A stretch of DNA of 64,000 nucleotides from IMG/VR virus record IMGVR_UViG_2974506496_000001, positions 128,001-192,000 of that record; one strand, 5' to 3'. The position numbers and the translations under genes were made by a program. The notes under the pieces were generated by a model that searched no databases, was not told the origin of the DNA, and worked only from the letters and a program-made list of their open reading frames with translations. Shown piece after piece: positions 49,641 through 60,230 of the stretch (the first letter of the stretch is position 1; each line of letters opens with the position of its first letter). This stretch comes from a virus. Its lineage: Duplodnaviria; Caudoviricetes.

Positions 49641-50066
49641 GTGCACGTGTCAAAAAGCTATGCAGATCTCGTCAAGGGCGCGATCGTCGACTTTAATGTG
49701 GTGGCGCCAGATATCCTGGGCGAAGGGTTTACCTCATGTACGGTCAATGGTCGCTTTGATGCCGATACCGCTAACCTGCTTGGGTTGGATGTCCAGGCGA
49801 AACACCAGAACCTGTACCCGCTGGTGAAACCCCAAGGCATCCCGGATAATCCTGATAGCTACGACTTTATCAAGGTAACCAAAACCAGTGGCGCGCAAGC
49901 GATCCTGTGGCTACCCTGGATTGTCGAATCAACGATCGCCCCGGTCTCTCGTAACAAGATCAATGTGGTGATTGAAGACGTGGGATCAAAAGACATCGCT
50001 GTGGTTAAAGCCGCACTGGAGTCTAACGGTTATCTGAATGCAGTGGTTACCCTGATTGACAATTAA
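49641..50066 (+). CDS. Conserved phiKZ-like protein upstream of the DNA polymerase
   Basis: 141 aa, IPDNPDSYDFI..LPWI motif; synteny. Confidence 0.6.
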   Translation: MHVSKSYADLVKGAIVDFNVVAPDILGEGFTSCTVNGRFDADTANLLGLDVQAKHQNLYPLVKPQGIPDNPDSYDFIKVTKTSGAQAILWLPWIVESTIAPVSRNKINVVIEDVGSKDIAVVKAALESNGYLNAVVTLIDN

Positions 50067-50190
50067 TAATAAACGCCTGTGGGTTTCCACAGGCTTTATG
50101 ACCCACTTCTTTTTTTTTGTTATCAACTATTTCCTTACATGGATCGTCTAATCATTTAGAGAGTTAAGCCAGCGCTAAGGATATCCTGCC

Positions 50191-52302
50191 ATGGATTTAT
50201 TCATTAACCACCCGAGTGAGTATAAACGCGATTACCGTATTTATCATCACTACGTTGAAGGAAAGGCACTTGCCATTTCCAAGATCACCGGCCGTCCGCT
50301 TGATGAAGCACGTGAGTACGTTACCCGTGTTACCGGCGAGACCGGGAAGTTTGCGTTACAAGATCCCCGGGTTAAAATCCTGGTGCGGAACAAAGTGGGT
50401 GACCGTGAACTGAAGTACACCACCTTTAATAAGTTTCTGAAGGCCGTAGAAGACCGTGGTGCGATTTTATCGCCGAGCCTGACTGCTTACCTACATCCGA
50501 AAGAGAAGGTCTCACAATACGCTGTATCGACTGATAAGAACATCAAAGCGCGTAAAGTGATTAAGCATGAGATGTTCATCGCCGAGCAACGCGGCGACAT
50601 GGTGACCAAGAACGTAAAAGAGATCATGCAGACTGGGCGTAAGCTCACCAACAACGGAATGTCCGGCGGGTTCTGTACTGCATCGACGCCGTTCTTCTGC
50701 CGATCAGCCCACAGCTCACTGACCTCCTGCTGTCGTAGTGCTACCAGTTCCACCAATGCCTTCAACGAGAAGTTCTTGGCCGGGAACCGCCACTACTACA
50801 GTCCCGAGATTACCATTGAGTCGATTACTACGCTGATCCGCCTCAGCGACCTGGAAAAAATCCAGGCGGTCATGACCGAGTTTAATCTGCAAGCACCAAC
50901 CGTCACCCAGACCATGGCCTGTATCTATCGCAGTACTCGGCGTTATTGGTCTGACAAGTACTTCATGGGTGTGATCTTAAAACTCATTGAAGGGTTGACG
51001 GATGTTGAACGTGCAGCCTTCATGTTTGTCTCCGACCTCTACCATCTGCGTGAAGTCAACCCGGACTTTGTGCGCAAGTTCTTAATTGATCTGGCAGAGC
51101 GCAGTGAAGAGCAGTTGGCTGACGATGTGAAGATGAAGGATGGGGATTGTCGTATCCTGGCAACCATGAAGTGTGCGGACGATATCGCGCGTATCGGGAC
51201 AAAGAACCTGGAGCACAGCGAGGAGTTCAAAGCACGCCTGAAAGCGAACTATGTATTGAGTGAACGCAACATCACGCAATATGAATCGTTCATCCGTGCT
51301 TTCTTTGTTACCAAGAACACCCCGACCAGTATTGCCATGATGCCGCACCATGTGCGTGAAGTGGTATTGGCATCCGATACCGACTCCTCAATCTTTACCG
51401 AGCAGATCTGGATTGACTGGATTCAGCCAGACTACTCCAAACGCCAGGAACGTATCCAGGTAAACGCCGCAGTAACTTTCCTGATCTCGCAGCAGGTCGT
51501 GCATTTACTGGCAATCGTTTCCGGTAACATCGGGGTAGCGGACGAACATCTGTTCCGTCTGGCAATGAAGAACGAATACTACTTCGAAACGTTTGTGTTG
51601 ACCAATATGGGTAAACACTACTTTGCGACCCAGGCTGCCCGTGAAGGGAACTTCTTCCCGAAACCCAAGCTTGAGCTCAAGGGTGTGCACCTACGCAACT
51701 CTAACGTACCGAAAGAGATCCGAGACCGCGGTAACAAACTGATCAACGACATCCTGGATAAGTCCAACGTCAATGAGCAGTTCTCGGTGGTAGATCTGTT
51801 AAACCAGGTTGGGGATATAGAGCGCTTCATCATCAACTCCATTACCAAAGGCGAGACGATCTTCTTAACCAAAGCCACGATCAAGGATAAGGGGTCTTAC
51901 GCTAAACCGTACAGTTCAAACTACTACCACTACTGTATGTGGCAGGAAGTCTTTGCTGAGAAATACGGTCAAGCACCGCCATTGCAATACATTGGCCTGA
52001 AAGCTAAGTTGGGTCTGAGCTCACAAACCGCCGTGAACGATTGGCTGGACAGCTTAGACGACCAAGCCCTGGCTGAGCGTATGCGTAAGTTCTTAGTGAA
52101 GTACGGCAAGAAGTCGATCACCCAGGTGGTCATGCCGGCAGATATCGTGATGAACATGGGCGTACCGCCTGAGATCATTGCCGGTATCGATCTGCGTAAC
52201 CTGATCATGGAGAACCTGTCCATGGTGTATTCGTGTCTTGAATCGCTAGGTCTTTATTACGTAAACGACAACGCAACCAAACTGGTATCTGACGAACATT
52301 AA
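50191..52302 (+). CDS. Family-B DNA polymerase, catalytic subunit of the split phiKZ-type enzyme (gp50-like)
   Basis: Motif B K.TNNGMSG, motif C SDTDS, KHYFA, ELKGV; no N-terminal exonuclease domain recognised. Confidence 0.85.
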   Translation: MDLFINHPSEYKRDYRIYHHYVEGKALAISKITGRPLDEAREYVTRVTGETGKFALQDPRVKILVRNKVGDRELKYTTFNKFLKAVEDRGAILSPSLTAYLHPKEKVSQYAVSTDKNIKARKVIKHEMFIAEQRGDMVTKNVKEIMQTGRKLTNNGMSGGFCTASTPFFCRSAHSSLTSCCRSATSSTNAFNEKFLAGNRHYYSPEITIESITTLIRLSDLEKIQAVMTEFNLQAPTVTQTMACIYRSTRRYWSDKYFMGVILKLIEGLTDVERAAFMFVSDLYHLREVNPDFVRKFLIDLAERSEEQLADDVKMKDGDCRILATMKCADDIARIGTKNLEHSEEFKARLKANYVLSERNITQYESFIRAFFVTKNTPTSIAMMPHHVREVVLASDTDSSIFTEQIWIDWIQPDYSKRQERIQVNAAVTFLISQQVVHLLAIVSGNIGVADEHLFRLAMKNEYYFETFVLTNMGKHYFATQAAREGNFFPKPKLELKGVHLRNSNVPKEIRDRGNKLINDILDKSNVNEQFSVVDLLNQVGDIERFIINSITKGETIFLTKATIKDKGSYAKPYSSNYYHYCMWQEVFAEKYGQAPPLQYIGLKAKLGLSSQTAVNDWLDSLDDQALAERMRKFLVKYGKKSITQVVMPADIVMNMGVPPEIIAGIDLRNLIMENLSMVYSCLESLGLYYVNDNATKLVSDEH

Positions 52303-52309
52303 TCTCCGT

Positions 52310-52360
52310 CGGCATAAAGGCCTCTTAGCGGGATAACCCCCGCTAAGAGCGCCCTTTTAT
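52310..52360. terminator. Bidirectional terminator
   Basis: cggcataa plus ctcttagcggg/cccgctaagag hairpin plus T-rich tail between convergent genes. Confidence 0.75.
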
Positions 52361-53473
52361 TTATGTGTCTTTGCCGGTGATCATATTCTGGATATGGGTC
52401 AGCTCGTAATCGATGGTGTTCTTGACCTTGCTGGTTAAACCACTCAGATAGAAGGTGTTGTCTGACCGGATGCGCTGAATCGCGTGCAAGATGGTGTTGA
52501 AGTTCGCACCCTCTTTTCGCCGTTTAAACGACACCTCCAGCTCCACCAGGAAATCGATCACCCAGGTGCGGGCGATGATCCACGCCCAACGGTTCTGTCG
52601 CATCTCCATGTCAATCGGTAACCGGATCGCATCGTACCCGTTTCGCCAGACAGTAGGGATATGCAGTAACACCGCTTCAAAGAACCGCTGACTGCGTTGG
52701 AGCTCCACCACAGTTCTAACAATCACCTGATCGGTGATGGCCAGTTCATCGTTGAGCCAGAAGCTTTGTCTGACATTGCGGGTTTCCCGTAAGTCATTAT
52801 CATAGCGACCGATAAAGCGATTGAAGATGGCGATGTCATTGTGGGACTTGAGCAGATTGGGGATCGGGTACTTGGTGACGAACAGATAGGGCGCGGGTGC
52901 TGTTGCGCCATCTTTGGTTTGCTCACGCAACCACATCAAGTACTGCAGTGCTAATAAAGGAATGTTGATACTGAGTACCGCGATCCCTGAGCCGCCTAAG
53001 TCATGCTTCTTACAGAGCAAACCGTAGTAGGTGACATTATAAGGGTGGCGATGGACTTTGATCGGTTCCGCATCTTGCCAGTTATACAGCATCTCCGGTT
53101 TAAACGGTTCAGAGTTGGTGATGATGATCTCATCTACCGAGTCGTCGTAGAACTGAGACCGCACGATGGCACCGAAGCGGGTGGCGCTGGTTAAGTTGAA
53201 TTTATTACCATAGCGGTAATCCACGGCCCGTAGGTCATCGTAGTACTTTCGTACATTATCGAGAGATAATTGTGTAAGACTACCGCCTGGTAGTGGTAAC
53301 TCCTTTATGAGCTTCACCACCAGATGGTTATTCAATATGGAATTCTCGTTTGACCGCCAATGGTTAAGCGCACGTTCCATATTGCGATGGGAAATATCGA
53401 CAAGTCTTTTGTGCAGCGGCGTCAACATGCTACCGTAATTGGTAGTGACGTCAGAGGCAAATAGGTTAAGCAT
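52361..53473 (-). CDS. Conserved phiKZ-like protein between DNA polymerase and chimallin
   Basis: 370-aa ORF; conserved position. Confidence 0.65.
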   Translation of the reverse strand: MLNLFASDVTTNYGSMLTPLHKRLVDISHRNMERALNHWRSNENSILNNHLVVKLIKELPLPGGSLTQLSLDNVRKYYDDLRAVDYRYGNKFNLTSATRFGAIVRSQFYDDSVDEIIITNSEPFKPEMLYNWQDAEPIKVHRHPYNVTYYGLLCKKHDLGGSGIAVLSINIPLLALQYLMWLREQTKDGATAPAPYLFVTKYPIPNLLKSHNDIAIFNRFIGRYDNDLRETRNVRQSFWLNDELAITDQVIVRTVVELQRSQRFFEAVLLHIPTVWRNGYDAIRLPIDMEMRQNRWAWIIARTWVIDFLVELEVSFKRRKEGANFNTILHAIQRIRSDNTFYLSGLTSKVKNTIDYELTHIQNMITGKDT

Positions 53474-53602
53474 ACGACCTCTATTGACTATATGTAAAAG
53501 TGTACATGGCTCGAGTATATATTATGTAAGAGGTCACACTCTTGACTCCCTGTTCACGCAGGGGGTCGAACTGAGGGTAATGCTGCCTCAAAAGGTAAAT
53601 TC

Positions 53603-53626
53603 AAAAAAATTACAAGTCTATATTAC
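53603..53626 (+). promoter_or_regulatory. Early promoter TATATTAC driving chimallin
   Basis: aaaaaaattacaagtctatattac; consensus at 53619-53626. Confidence 0.7.
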
Positions 53627-53695
53627 GTATGTGTATAGAGTAATCTATGCAACATTAGCTAATGTAAACTTGCAAGTAAATTAAAAGGAATCGGT

Positions 53696-55831
53696 ATGAA
53701 AACTCCTGAAGGCGAAAACAAGGCACAGGGTCAGCAGCCATCTGACCAGCAGCAGCCTAACAATTCGGCAATGGGTGATGCGCTACTACAAGCGCAACAG
53801 AGGCAGAGTCAGCAGCCACAGCAGCAGCAAACTCCGCCTCAACAAGCGCCGCAGTCAGCACCTCAACCAGTGCAAGCAGCAACCCAGCAACAGCAACACA
53901 CCCCACAATTTCATCAGACTGCAGGTAACAGCACCGTGAACAACACAACTAACAACACCAACACCGAACAACAGCAGCCGCGTCAGTCACGCATTTACGG
54001 CATGAACGAACGCCGTTCTCGTATCTTCGACGCGACCGCGTTTGGTGAAAACTTTAAGATCGCGCTGGAAGCGACCAAAGAAGTGCTGGAAGGCTACGAA
54101 GATAAAGGTTTCAACAAATCTTTCTTCCTGGTTCCTGTTGCTGACGCAACCCTGCACTGCAATGGCCTGGCGTATGCGTCTGTGTTCAACTTCGGCGGTA
54201 GCACCAAAGCGATCGTCTACACCCTGATGCTGGAAAACACCGGTTCTCCACTGAAGCCACAGCGCGGTAACGATCCACTGACGGGCGAACCGTTTGAGAT
54301 CCCACGCATGACCGGTTCTCAGTACGACAACACCTACTGGGCTCGTGTAGCACAGCTGGTCGCGCACCGTGTTGGTAACAACGCAGAAGTGCTGGATGCT
54401 GGCGCCTGTGTGGTGCACGCTGAGATGAAGTGGGACGACAAGTCTGCGATCAAACAGCTGCTGAACAACGCAGAAAACGCCACCATGGCGTATGCGAACA
54501 GCCTGTCTGGTTACCGTATCGAACCACCATTCAACATCGCGCAGGAAGTGGACCCGAACATCGACCGCATCACCGCGGGCTTTAACTTCAATCCACAGCC
54601 GCTGTTCACTGTTGATGGTCAGCCGATCCGTAACGACGTCGAAGTGAAACTGTCTGCTTACGCAGAAGGCGCAGGCCAGGTTCAGACCACCGAAGCTATC
54701 ACCACCGTGAACGGCTATGTTGAGCTGATCGCTGCACCGCAGCAGCAGATGGGTTATCAGCAGCAGATGATGATGGGTATGAACCCGCAGCAGGCGATGC
54801 AGTTCTACCGTCGCTTCTACCCGCAGTTCACCATCACTTCAACTGGTACCGGTATCTCTAACGCACAGGGTCCTGAGTTCCAGCTGCTGGCGCTGTTCGC
54901 TGCTTCACTGATTGGTGAAAACAGCAACTGGCACCATGCGTTTGCGCCGAAGATGGTAAACGGTGTCGATATCAACGATATCGGTGCGATCAACTACGAA
55001 CTGAAAATGGGTCTGGAAAGCCCAGATGACCGTCCGAAGAAGATCATCACCAAAGACCACAGCTTCACCACGCAGGCTCTGCATCAGCTGCTGTACACCG
55101 CATGCCACGAATCCATGTCTATCGCGATCGACATCGAAGAGACCGGCACGCGTACCTGGGTTAACTCCATGCTGCTTCTGGCTGGCGGTCAACCAAACGG
55201 TAATGCTGCAGCACTGAGCCCACAGGGTCAGCAGGCGCACAAAGCGATCATCCAGGCGGCGAACAACCTGACCAACGGTGAGTTCAGCAAACACTTCACC
55301 GATCAGAACCAGCTGATTGCTGTACGTGACGGTACCCGTATTCAGGGTGGTTTCTACGTCTCTAAAGACAACCATCAGAAAATGGATATCCGTAACGTCG
55401 ACCTGCTGGCGGTTCTGAACTTCGTCGGTGAAACTGATCCGCGCATCGTGGAAGAGTGGAAAATCATCACCAGCTCTACTTCTGGTATGTCTACTCCGAA
55501 ACGTGTCGCGCTGCGTCAGCAGAAACTGCAGCAGCTGCTGGGTGAGTCTTTCGTCCTGAAAGCTTACTACGAGCGTGTAGTGATCAACTGGGCATTCATG
55601 GATGCTCTGCGTAAAGCAATCACTGCAGCAGGCCTGATCGTGCGTCCGGAAAACACCAACATGCAGTACAACGTACAGAGCTACGGCACGCCAATGGCGC
55701 AGCTGTACGGCATGCCTACCAACATCGGCAGCTCACTGCAGCAGGGCGCTTACGCAACCGACAACCAAGGTCGCGTAGTGAACATGGCAGCGTTCCGTAC
55801 TGGTGGTGCATTCGGTACGTTCAACGGCTAA
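53696..55831 (+). CDS. chmA: Chimallin, phage nuclear shell protein (phiKZ gp54-like)
   Basis: 711 aa, strongly biased codons, early promoter, position between the DNA polymerase region and nvRNAP beta' as in Chimalliviridae; GQPIRND motif. Confidence 0.8.
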   Translation: MKTPEGENKAQGQQPSDQQQPNNSAMGDALLQAQQRQSQQPQQQQTPPQQAPQSAPQPVQAATQQQQHTPQFHQTAGNSTVNNTTNNTNTEQQQPRQSRIYGMNERRSRIFDATAFGENFKIALEATKEVLEGYEDKGFNKSFFLVPVADATLHCNGLAYASVFNFGGSTKAIVYTLMLENTGSPLKPQRGNDPLTGEPFEIPRMTGSQYDNTYWARVAQLVAHRVGNNAEVLDAGACVVHAEMKWDDKSAIKQLLNNAENATMAYANSLSGYRIEPPFNIAQEVDPNIDRITAGFNFNPQPLFTVDGQPIRNDVEVKLSAYAEGAGQVQTTEAITTVNGYVELIAAPQQQMGYQQQMMMGMNPQQAMQFYRRFYPQFTITSTGTGISNAQGPEFQLLALFAASLIGENSNWHHAFAPKMVNGVDINDIGAINYELKMGLESPDDRPKKIITKDHSFTTQALHQLLYTACHESMSIAIDIEETGTRTWVNSMLLLAGGQPNGNAAALSPQGQQAHKAIIQAANNLTNGEFSKHFTDQNQLIAVRDGTRIQGGFYVSKDNHQKMDIRNVDLLAVLNFVGETDPRIVEEWKIITSSTSGMSTPKRVALRQQKLQQLLGESFVLKAYYERVVINWAFMDALRKAITAAGLIVRPENTNMQYNVQSYGTPMAQLYGMPTNIGSSLQQGAYATDNQGRVVNMAAFRTGGAFGTFNG

Positions 55832-55863
55832 TCCGGCGTTGTAAGCAAGCAGTAACATGAACG

Positions 55864-55910
55864 GGTAGGCGGGAAACCGCCTACCTTGTTTATGCCCACT
55901 TTATTTTTTA
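55864..55910 (+). terminator. Hairpin (GAAA loop) plus TTATGCC
   Basis: ggtaggcgg-gaaa-ccgcctacc then ttgtttatgccc. Confidence 0.75.
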
Positions 55911-55936
55911 GTAGTACGTAAAAAGGAAAACCGGTA

Positions 55937-57424
55937 ATGATGCATGAAATGCAAGCAGCGCAACCGGCACTCGTGCAAGAAGGTGGTTTGACAGCGGTTG
56001 TGGGAAACCATGACCAACACTTCTTCATGTTGTCGCGTCCACCCATCATTGCTAACGACTATGACCTCTCGATCGAAGCTGACCGACAAGCCCTGAATAA
56101 CCATCTGCGGGTGAGTTATGATACGGACATGTTCAGTGTCAAGCCGAAGTGTCAGTGCGGGCATACCAGCGGCGGTGATAAAGTTGGAAAGCTGTGTGTA
56201 AAGTGCGGCACGAAGGTCACCACTGTAACCGAAGAAGAGATTGAGTCTCAGCTCTGGTTACGCAAGCCTGAAGGTGTAAAGGGCTTCATTAACCCACAGT
56301 TATGGTTATTGTTCTTTGAACCGTTTAATGTCAAAGGGTTCAATCCAATGGAGTGGTTTGCAGACCGTTCCTATACTCCAGCCAAGGGGGGTATGGATTA
56401 CAAGAACAAAGATGTGTACAAAGTCTGCGCGGACATGGGTATCGAACGAGGCATAAACTCCTTGTACGATAACTTTGACGCTATCGTAACAAACCTACTT
56501 AACTCTCCGGTCGTGCGTGATCAGGTCACGTCACAAGAAGTGCTGCGTCAACGTTCTGATTTGTTTATTAAATACCGTGATCGTTTCTTCTGTGAACACT
56601 TACCGATGCCCTCCAAGCTGATGTTTGTGGTGGAATCCAATGCAACCGGTCGCTATGCTGCCCCTGAGATGAAACTGGCTCTGGATGCAGCGTTGACCGT
56701 CTGTTCAGCAAAACGCCAACTGCATACGGTGCGGGATGTGCGCTTTAATGAAAGCATTGCGATTAAAGTGGTCCGTCAGATCTCGAAGTTCTATGCGACG
56801 CATGACAGTGACAACTTTGCGGGTAAGTTAGGGTTACTGCGTAAGAACATTGCTGGGGCAAAACATCCGTGGACTGGTCGTTGTGTGATTACCTCGCATA
56901 CTGGCGATCATGACATGGATGAAGTGATCCTGCCACGTTGTTTGGCGATCCCGATGTTGAAATACCACATCATCAACAAACTGCGTCGTCGGAACTACAC
57001 CCCAACACAATGCCTCAAACTTATCCAGGCGGGTATTAAACAAACCATCCCAGTGATCGATGAGGTGTTAGATGAACTCCTCGCAGAAAGCCCTACAGCG
57101 TCGATACGGGTATATGTGCAACGAAACCCAACCCTGCGTTGGTTATCGAACCGTCGGTTCCATTGCCGAACCATCAACCGTGATCCAAATGACATCAGTA
57201 TCCGTATCAGTACCTTATCTATCAAATCCTCGAATGCGGACTTTGATGGTGATGAACTGAACGTGATGTTACAGCTGGATAACGTCTCAGCGAACTATGC
57301 GGAAGCGTTCGGTTCACACAACTGTGTGCTGGACATGAACACCCCGCTGAAGATCTCTGGTGACGTGGGTCTGCCGGGTACGTTGATCTCGACCATGAAC
57401 CGTTGGATGTACAGTAACGACTAA
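55937..57424 (+). CDS. Non-virion RNA polymerase beta' subunit, N-terminal part (phiKZ gp55-like)
   Basis: Zn-binding CQCG...CVKC, GRCVITS, QRNPTL, catalytic NADFDGD. Confidence 0.92.
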   Translation: MMHEMQAAQPALVQEGGLTAVVGNHDQHFFMLSRPPIIANDYDLSIEADRQALNNHLRVSYDTDMFSVKPKCQCGHTSGGDKVGKLCVKCGTKVTTVTEEEIESQLWLRKPEGVKGFINPQLWLLFFEPFNVKGFNPMEWFADRSYTPAKGGMDYKNKDVYKVCADMGIERGINSLYDNFDAIVTNLLNSPVVRDQVTSQEVLRQRSDLFIKYRDRFFCEHLPMPSKLMFVVESNATGRYAAPEMKLALDAALTVCSAKRQLHTVRDVRFNESIAIKVVRQISKFYATHDSDNFAGKLGLLRKNIAGAKHPWTGRCVITSHTGDHDMDEVILPRCLAIPMLKYHIINKLRRRNYTPTQCLKLIQAGIKQTIPVIDEVLDELLAESPTASIRVYVQRNPTLRWLSNRRFHCRTINRDPNDISIRISTLSIKSSNADFDGDELNVMLQLDNVSANYAEAFGSHNCVLDMNTPLKISGDVGLPGTLISTMNRWMYSND

Positions 57425-57475
57425 ACTTATGGCCAGGGGTAATTCCCTGGCCTTATTACCGACGGGATATTTTTT

Positions 57476-58123
57476 ATGGATAATTTGCTTGAAAGGGGAC
57501 GGTTTCTTCTTGAGAACACTGCAGCCGCCATGAACCCTTATCCTTACACGATCATTTTCGTCACCACCCCAATGGATTGGGATGCCGTGGTCACTGCCAT
57601 GCATGCTAACGATCCTGCAGCAAACATCATTAAACATAAAGGACAGTTCACGACCCGGCGCGATTACCAATATGTCATTTATCGAGATGAACATTGGTAT
57701 ATCGCTGGTGCGAATATGAGAAGCCTGCCTTACAACCATTACCATACCGGTGCGATGCTCGGCATTGCCATGGACCTGGGGCATGAAATCATTATCGATA
57801 TCAGCAATCGCATCGGGAATGATGCGACTGCAGCTCCGGCGATAACGGCGATCATGCACGATTGGTTTATGGTCAACTGGCGCGAAGCTGTGTGCGTTAC
57901 CCATGAGAACTACCTGGCGTTTATTCCGGATGATGATTACTTGTACTTGAGTAACAACAAAAAAATACTCAGGCAAGTGATTCGCGCACAAGAACAACTG
58001 GGATCGCCCTTGGCATTGACGTCGGCGTTACAGCGTGAGTGTCAGCGCCTGATGAACACCCAGGTGATGATCGAGCCCACTGGTTGGAACGCCACTACGT
58101 ACTACAGCGGAGGTGAGGTATGA
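57476..58123 (+). CDS. Zincin-like paralog 1 (degenerate HExxH)
   Basis: GHEIII lacks the second His; shared C-terminal RE...N.....GW..TTY. Confidence 0.6.
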   Translation: MDNLLERGRFLLENTAAAMNPYPYTIIFVTTPMDWDAVVTAMHANDPAANIIKHKGQFTTRRDYQYVIYRDEHWYIAGANMRSLPYNHYHTGAMLGIAMDLGHEIIIDISNRIGNDATAAPAITAIMHDWFMVNWREAVCVTHENYLAFIPDDDYLYLSNNKKILRQVIRAQEQLGSPLALTSALQRECQRLMNTQVMIEPTGWNATTYYSGGEV

Positions 58124-58791
58124 CGTTTGCTGAAGCTGAACAGTATATTTACAGTCTCAGTCAAGACGGCGGGGTCTATAAACAAGAGTTCATCTTTGTG
58201 TTTGATCCCGAGTCGTGGGATAAGGTGAACCTGGCGTTGGATATCCTGGACAATAACCGTGGGATCTGGGTGAAGAACGTCGGAGAGTTCAAAACCGCTG
58301 GTATGACGACCTACGGACCGGTGTCGGGAAGGCTTAAAGGGTATGTTGTTATTGCTGTCCATTTCATGGGCGAACGTAAACTGTTCAATCCAGGGTATCT
58401 GCAGCATGTGTTGAATACCGCGACCCATGAGTTGGTCCACGCTGCTCAGTTCGCTGTTCGGGCGCAGAGCTACCATGATCCATTGATTGCTGTAGAGCCA
58501 TTGGCTTACCTGACCGGCTGGCTAATGGAGAAATGGATCTATGCGGTCTGGGAGAAGTTTAAAATCACGATTGCAACAACACCCACCGGCGAGATCTCAT
58601 ACAACGTGTTGTTTGACATGCTGTATCGGTTTAATGACCGCCGGCTGGCAGATCGTCTGTGTGAGCTCACCATGACACAGATTCAGAGTGCTTTAGTTAG
58701 GGAGTCGATTAACAGTCTGAATAACGTGGCAGTGGTAAACGATATCGGCTGGTCCTCGACAACGTATCTTGATGGAGTTAACAAGAAATGA
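58120..58791 (+). CDS. Putative HExxH metallopeptidase-like paralog 2
   Basis: THELVH...EPLAYLTGW. Confidence 0.65.
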   Translation: MTFAEAEQYIYSLSQDGGVYKQEFIFVFDPESWDKVNLALDILDNNRGIWVKNVGEFKTAGMTTYGPVSGRLKGYVVIAVHFMGERKLFNPGYLQHVLNTATHELVHAAQFAVRAQSYHDPLIAVEPLAYLTGWLMEKWIYAVWEKFKITIATTPTGEISYNVLFDMLYRFNDRRLADRLCELTMTQIQSALVRESINSLNNVAVVNDIGWSSTTYLDGVNKK

Positions 58792-59414
58792 AGATGCCGG
58801 TCAGTCAGTATGTAGATAAGTTTCTATTAAGGCTGTTCCCTTATCCGCGGCAGTTTATCTTTGTCACTAGTGTTGCAGATTTTGATGCGGTGATTACCGA
58901 ACTGGCACGTCGGCAGACTGCGGCTGGGATTAGCAATAAATGGCTGAGTCACAGAGGGCATTTCAAAGGGAATGGGATTTGTGCTTCGGGGAATCAGATC
59001 TGTGTATTAGGTGCGCTTTATGATACCGGCACGCAGCTCAGCCCAGCTAACATCGCCGGGACGATCGGTACCATGCAACATGAAATCCAACACATGTTAC
59101 TACATACCTGTGCGCAGATTGGTTATAACCCGATGCGCGAACACGAACCGTTTACGTATTTAACGAAGTGGGTGTTTGAGTTGTTCCTGGCGTTTATGCG
59201 TAATTACCACGGCGTGATGATCACCGATGTGCAGCGGCAAGATACTGGTATGCTGAGTCGGTTGCAGAAGGGAGGGGCTTTTGAGTTACTGCACGCCCTG
59301 CCCGTTGAAAATGTTCGAGATTCATTAGCAAGAGAATCTCGTGCATTATTAAACAACGCGGTGGTCGTCAGTCCTATTGGCGCATCCCGTTCCACAACCT
59401 ATTTCGAATTATAA
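58788..59414 (+). CDS. Putative HExxH metallopeptidase-like paralog 3
   Basis: QHEIQH...EPFTYLTKW. Confidence 0.65.
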   Translation: MKMPVSQYVDKFLLRLFPYPRQFIFVTSVADFDAVITELARRQTAAGISNKWLSHRGHFKGNGICASGNQICVLGALYDTGTQLSPANIAGTIGTMQHEIQHMLLHTCAQIGYNPMREHEPFTYLTKWVFELFLAFMRNYHGVMITDVQRQDTGMLSRLQKGGAFELLHALPVENVRDSLARESRALLNNAVVVSPIGASRSTTYFEL

Positions 59415-59463
59415 TTAACCCGGCCAGGGAAACCTGGCCTGTATGTCAAAAAAGGAAAGTAAC

Positions 59464-60165
59464 ATGGGTATGTATACCGGCGTCTCATTTCGTTTGAAGG
59501 TCAGAAAAAATGCACCCTTGCCGGTGTTAGAGTTCATGGATAAGTTCTTCATGGAAGGTGAAACACTGCAAGCAGTGAAAGACCTACAGAAAGAAACGGG
59601 TATCCAGTTCCAGTCCACAGCCATTGCATTACCGGGTGATCAGTTTCATTACAGTGAAATTGCCGATATGGTCATGATGGTTCGCGGGCACTCTTCCAGT
59701 TTTGAAAGCTGGTACTGGCGTGTTAAAGAAGATAAGGGCGATTACTGGTTGTATGAAACCCGCGCCAATACCAAACGCCCTCACCATGACCTGGCCGCCA
59801 ACCTTATCCAGGCATTATTACCATGTCTGGTTATCGAAGAAGGTGAGGTGGTGTTGCGCTCCATTTATGAAGACAGCGCCCAAGAACGCGTTCTGGCATT
59901 GGTAAATGGCAAGATTATTGAGGAACGTGGTTATGAGTACGAGGATGAATACAATAGCCCGTGGAATGAAAAGGCGCCGATAGATTATGTCAAGGGTGAT
60001 TTTGGTGCAATTGCACATATCCGCATCACGGAAGAAGAAGAGTTCACACCACCTTGGACTTTACAGGAACTGCGGGCCGGTGAAGAAAAAGCACGGTTAG
60101 AGAAAGAAGCTGAGCACGAACGGATACGGGCAGAAGGCGGTGGTTTCGGTTTCGGTGGTTGGTAG
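59464..60165 (+). CDS. Hypothetical protein (MGMYT-type phage family)
   Basis: AAGGA RBS before MGMYTG; acidic C-terminus ending GGGFGFGGW. Confidence 0.65.
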   Translation: MGMYTGVSFRLKVRKNAPLPVLEFMDKFFMEGETLQAVKDLQKETGIQFQSTAIALPGDQFHYSEIADMVMMVRGHSSSFESWYWRVKEDKGDYWLYETRANTKRPHHDLAANLIQALLPCLVIEEGEVVLRSIYEDSAQERVLALVNGKIIEERGYEYEDEYNSPWNEKAPIDYVKGDFGAIAHIRITEEEEFTPPWTLQELRAGEEKARLEKEAEHERIRAEGGGFGFGGW

Positions 60166-60230
60166 TTTTAATTAATTTAACCTGACGTACAACACAGCAA
60201 ACAATAACACAGATTAATTGAGGGTAGTTT

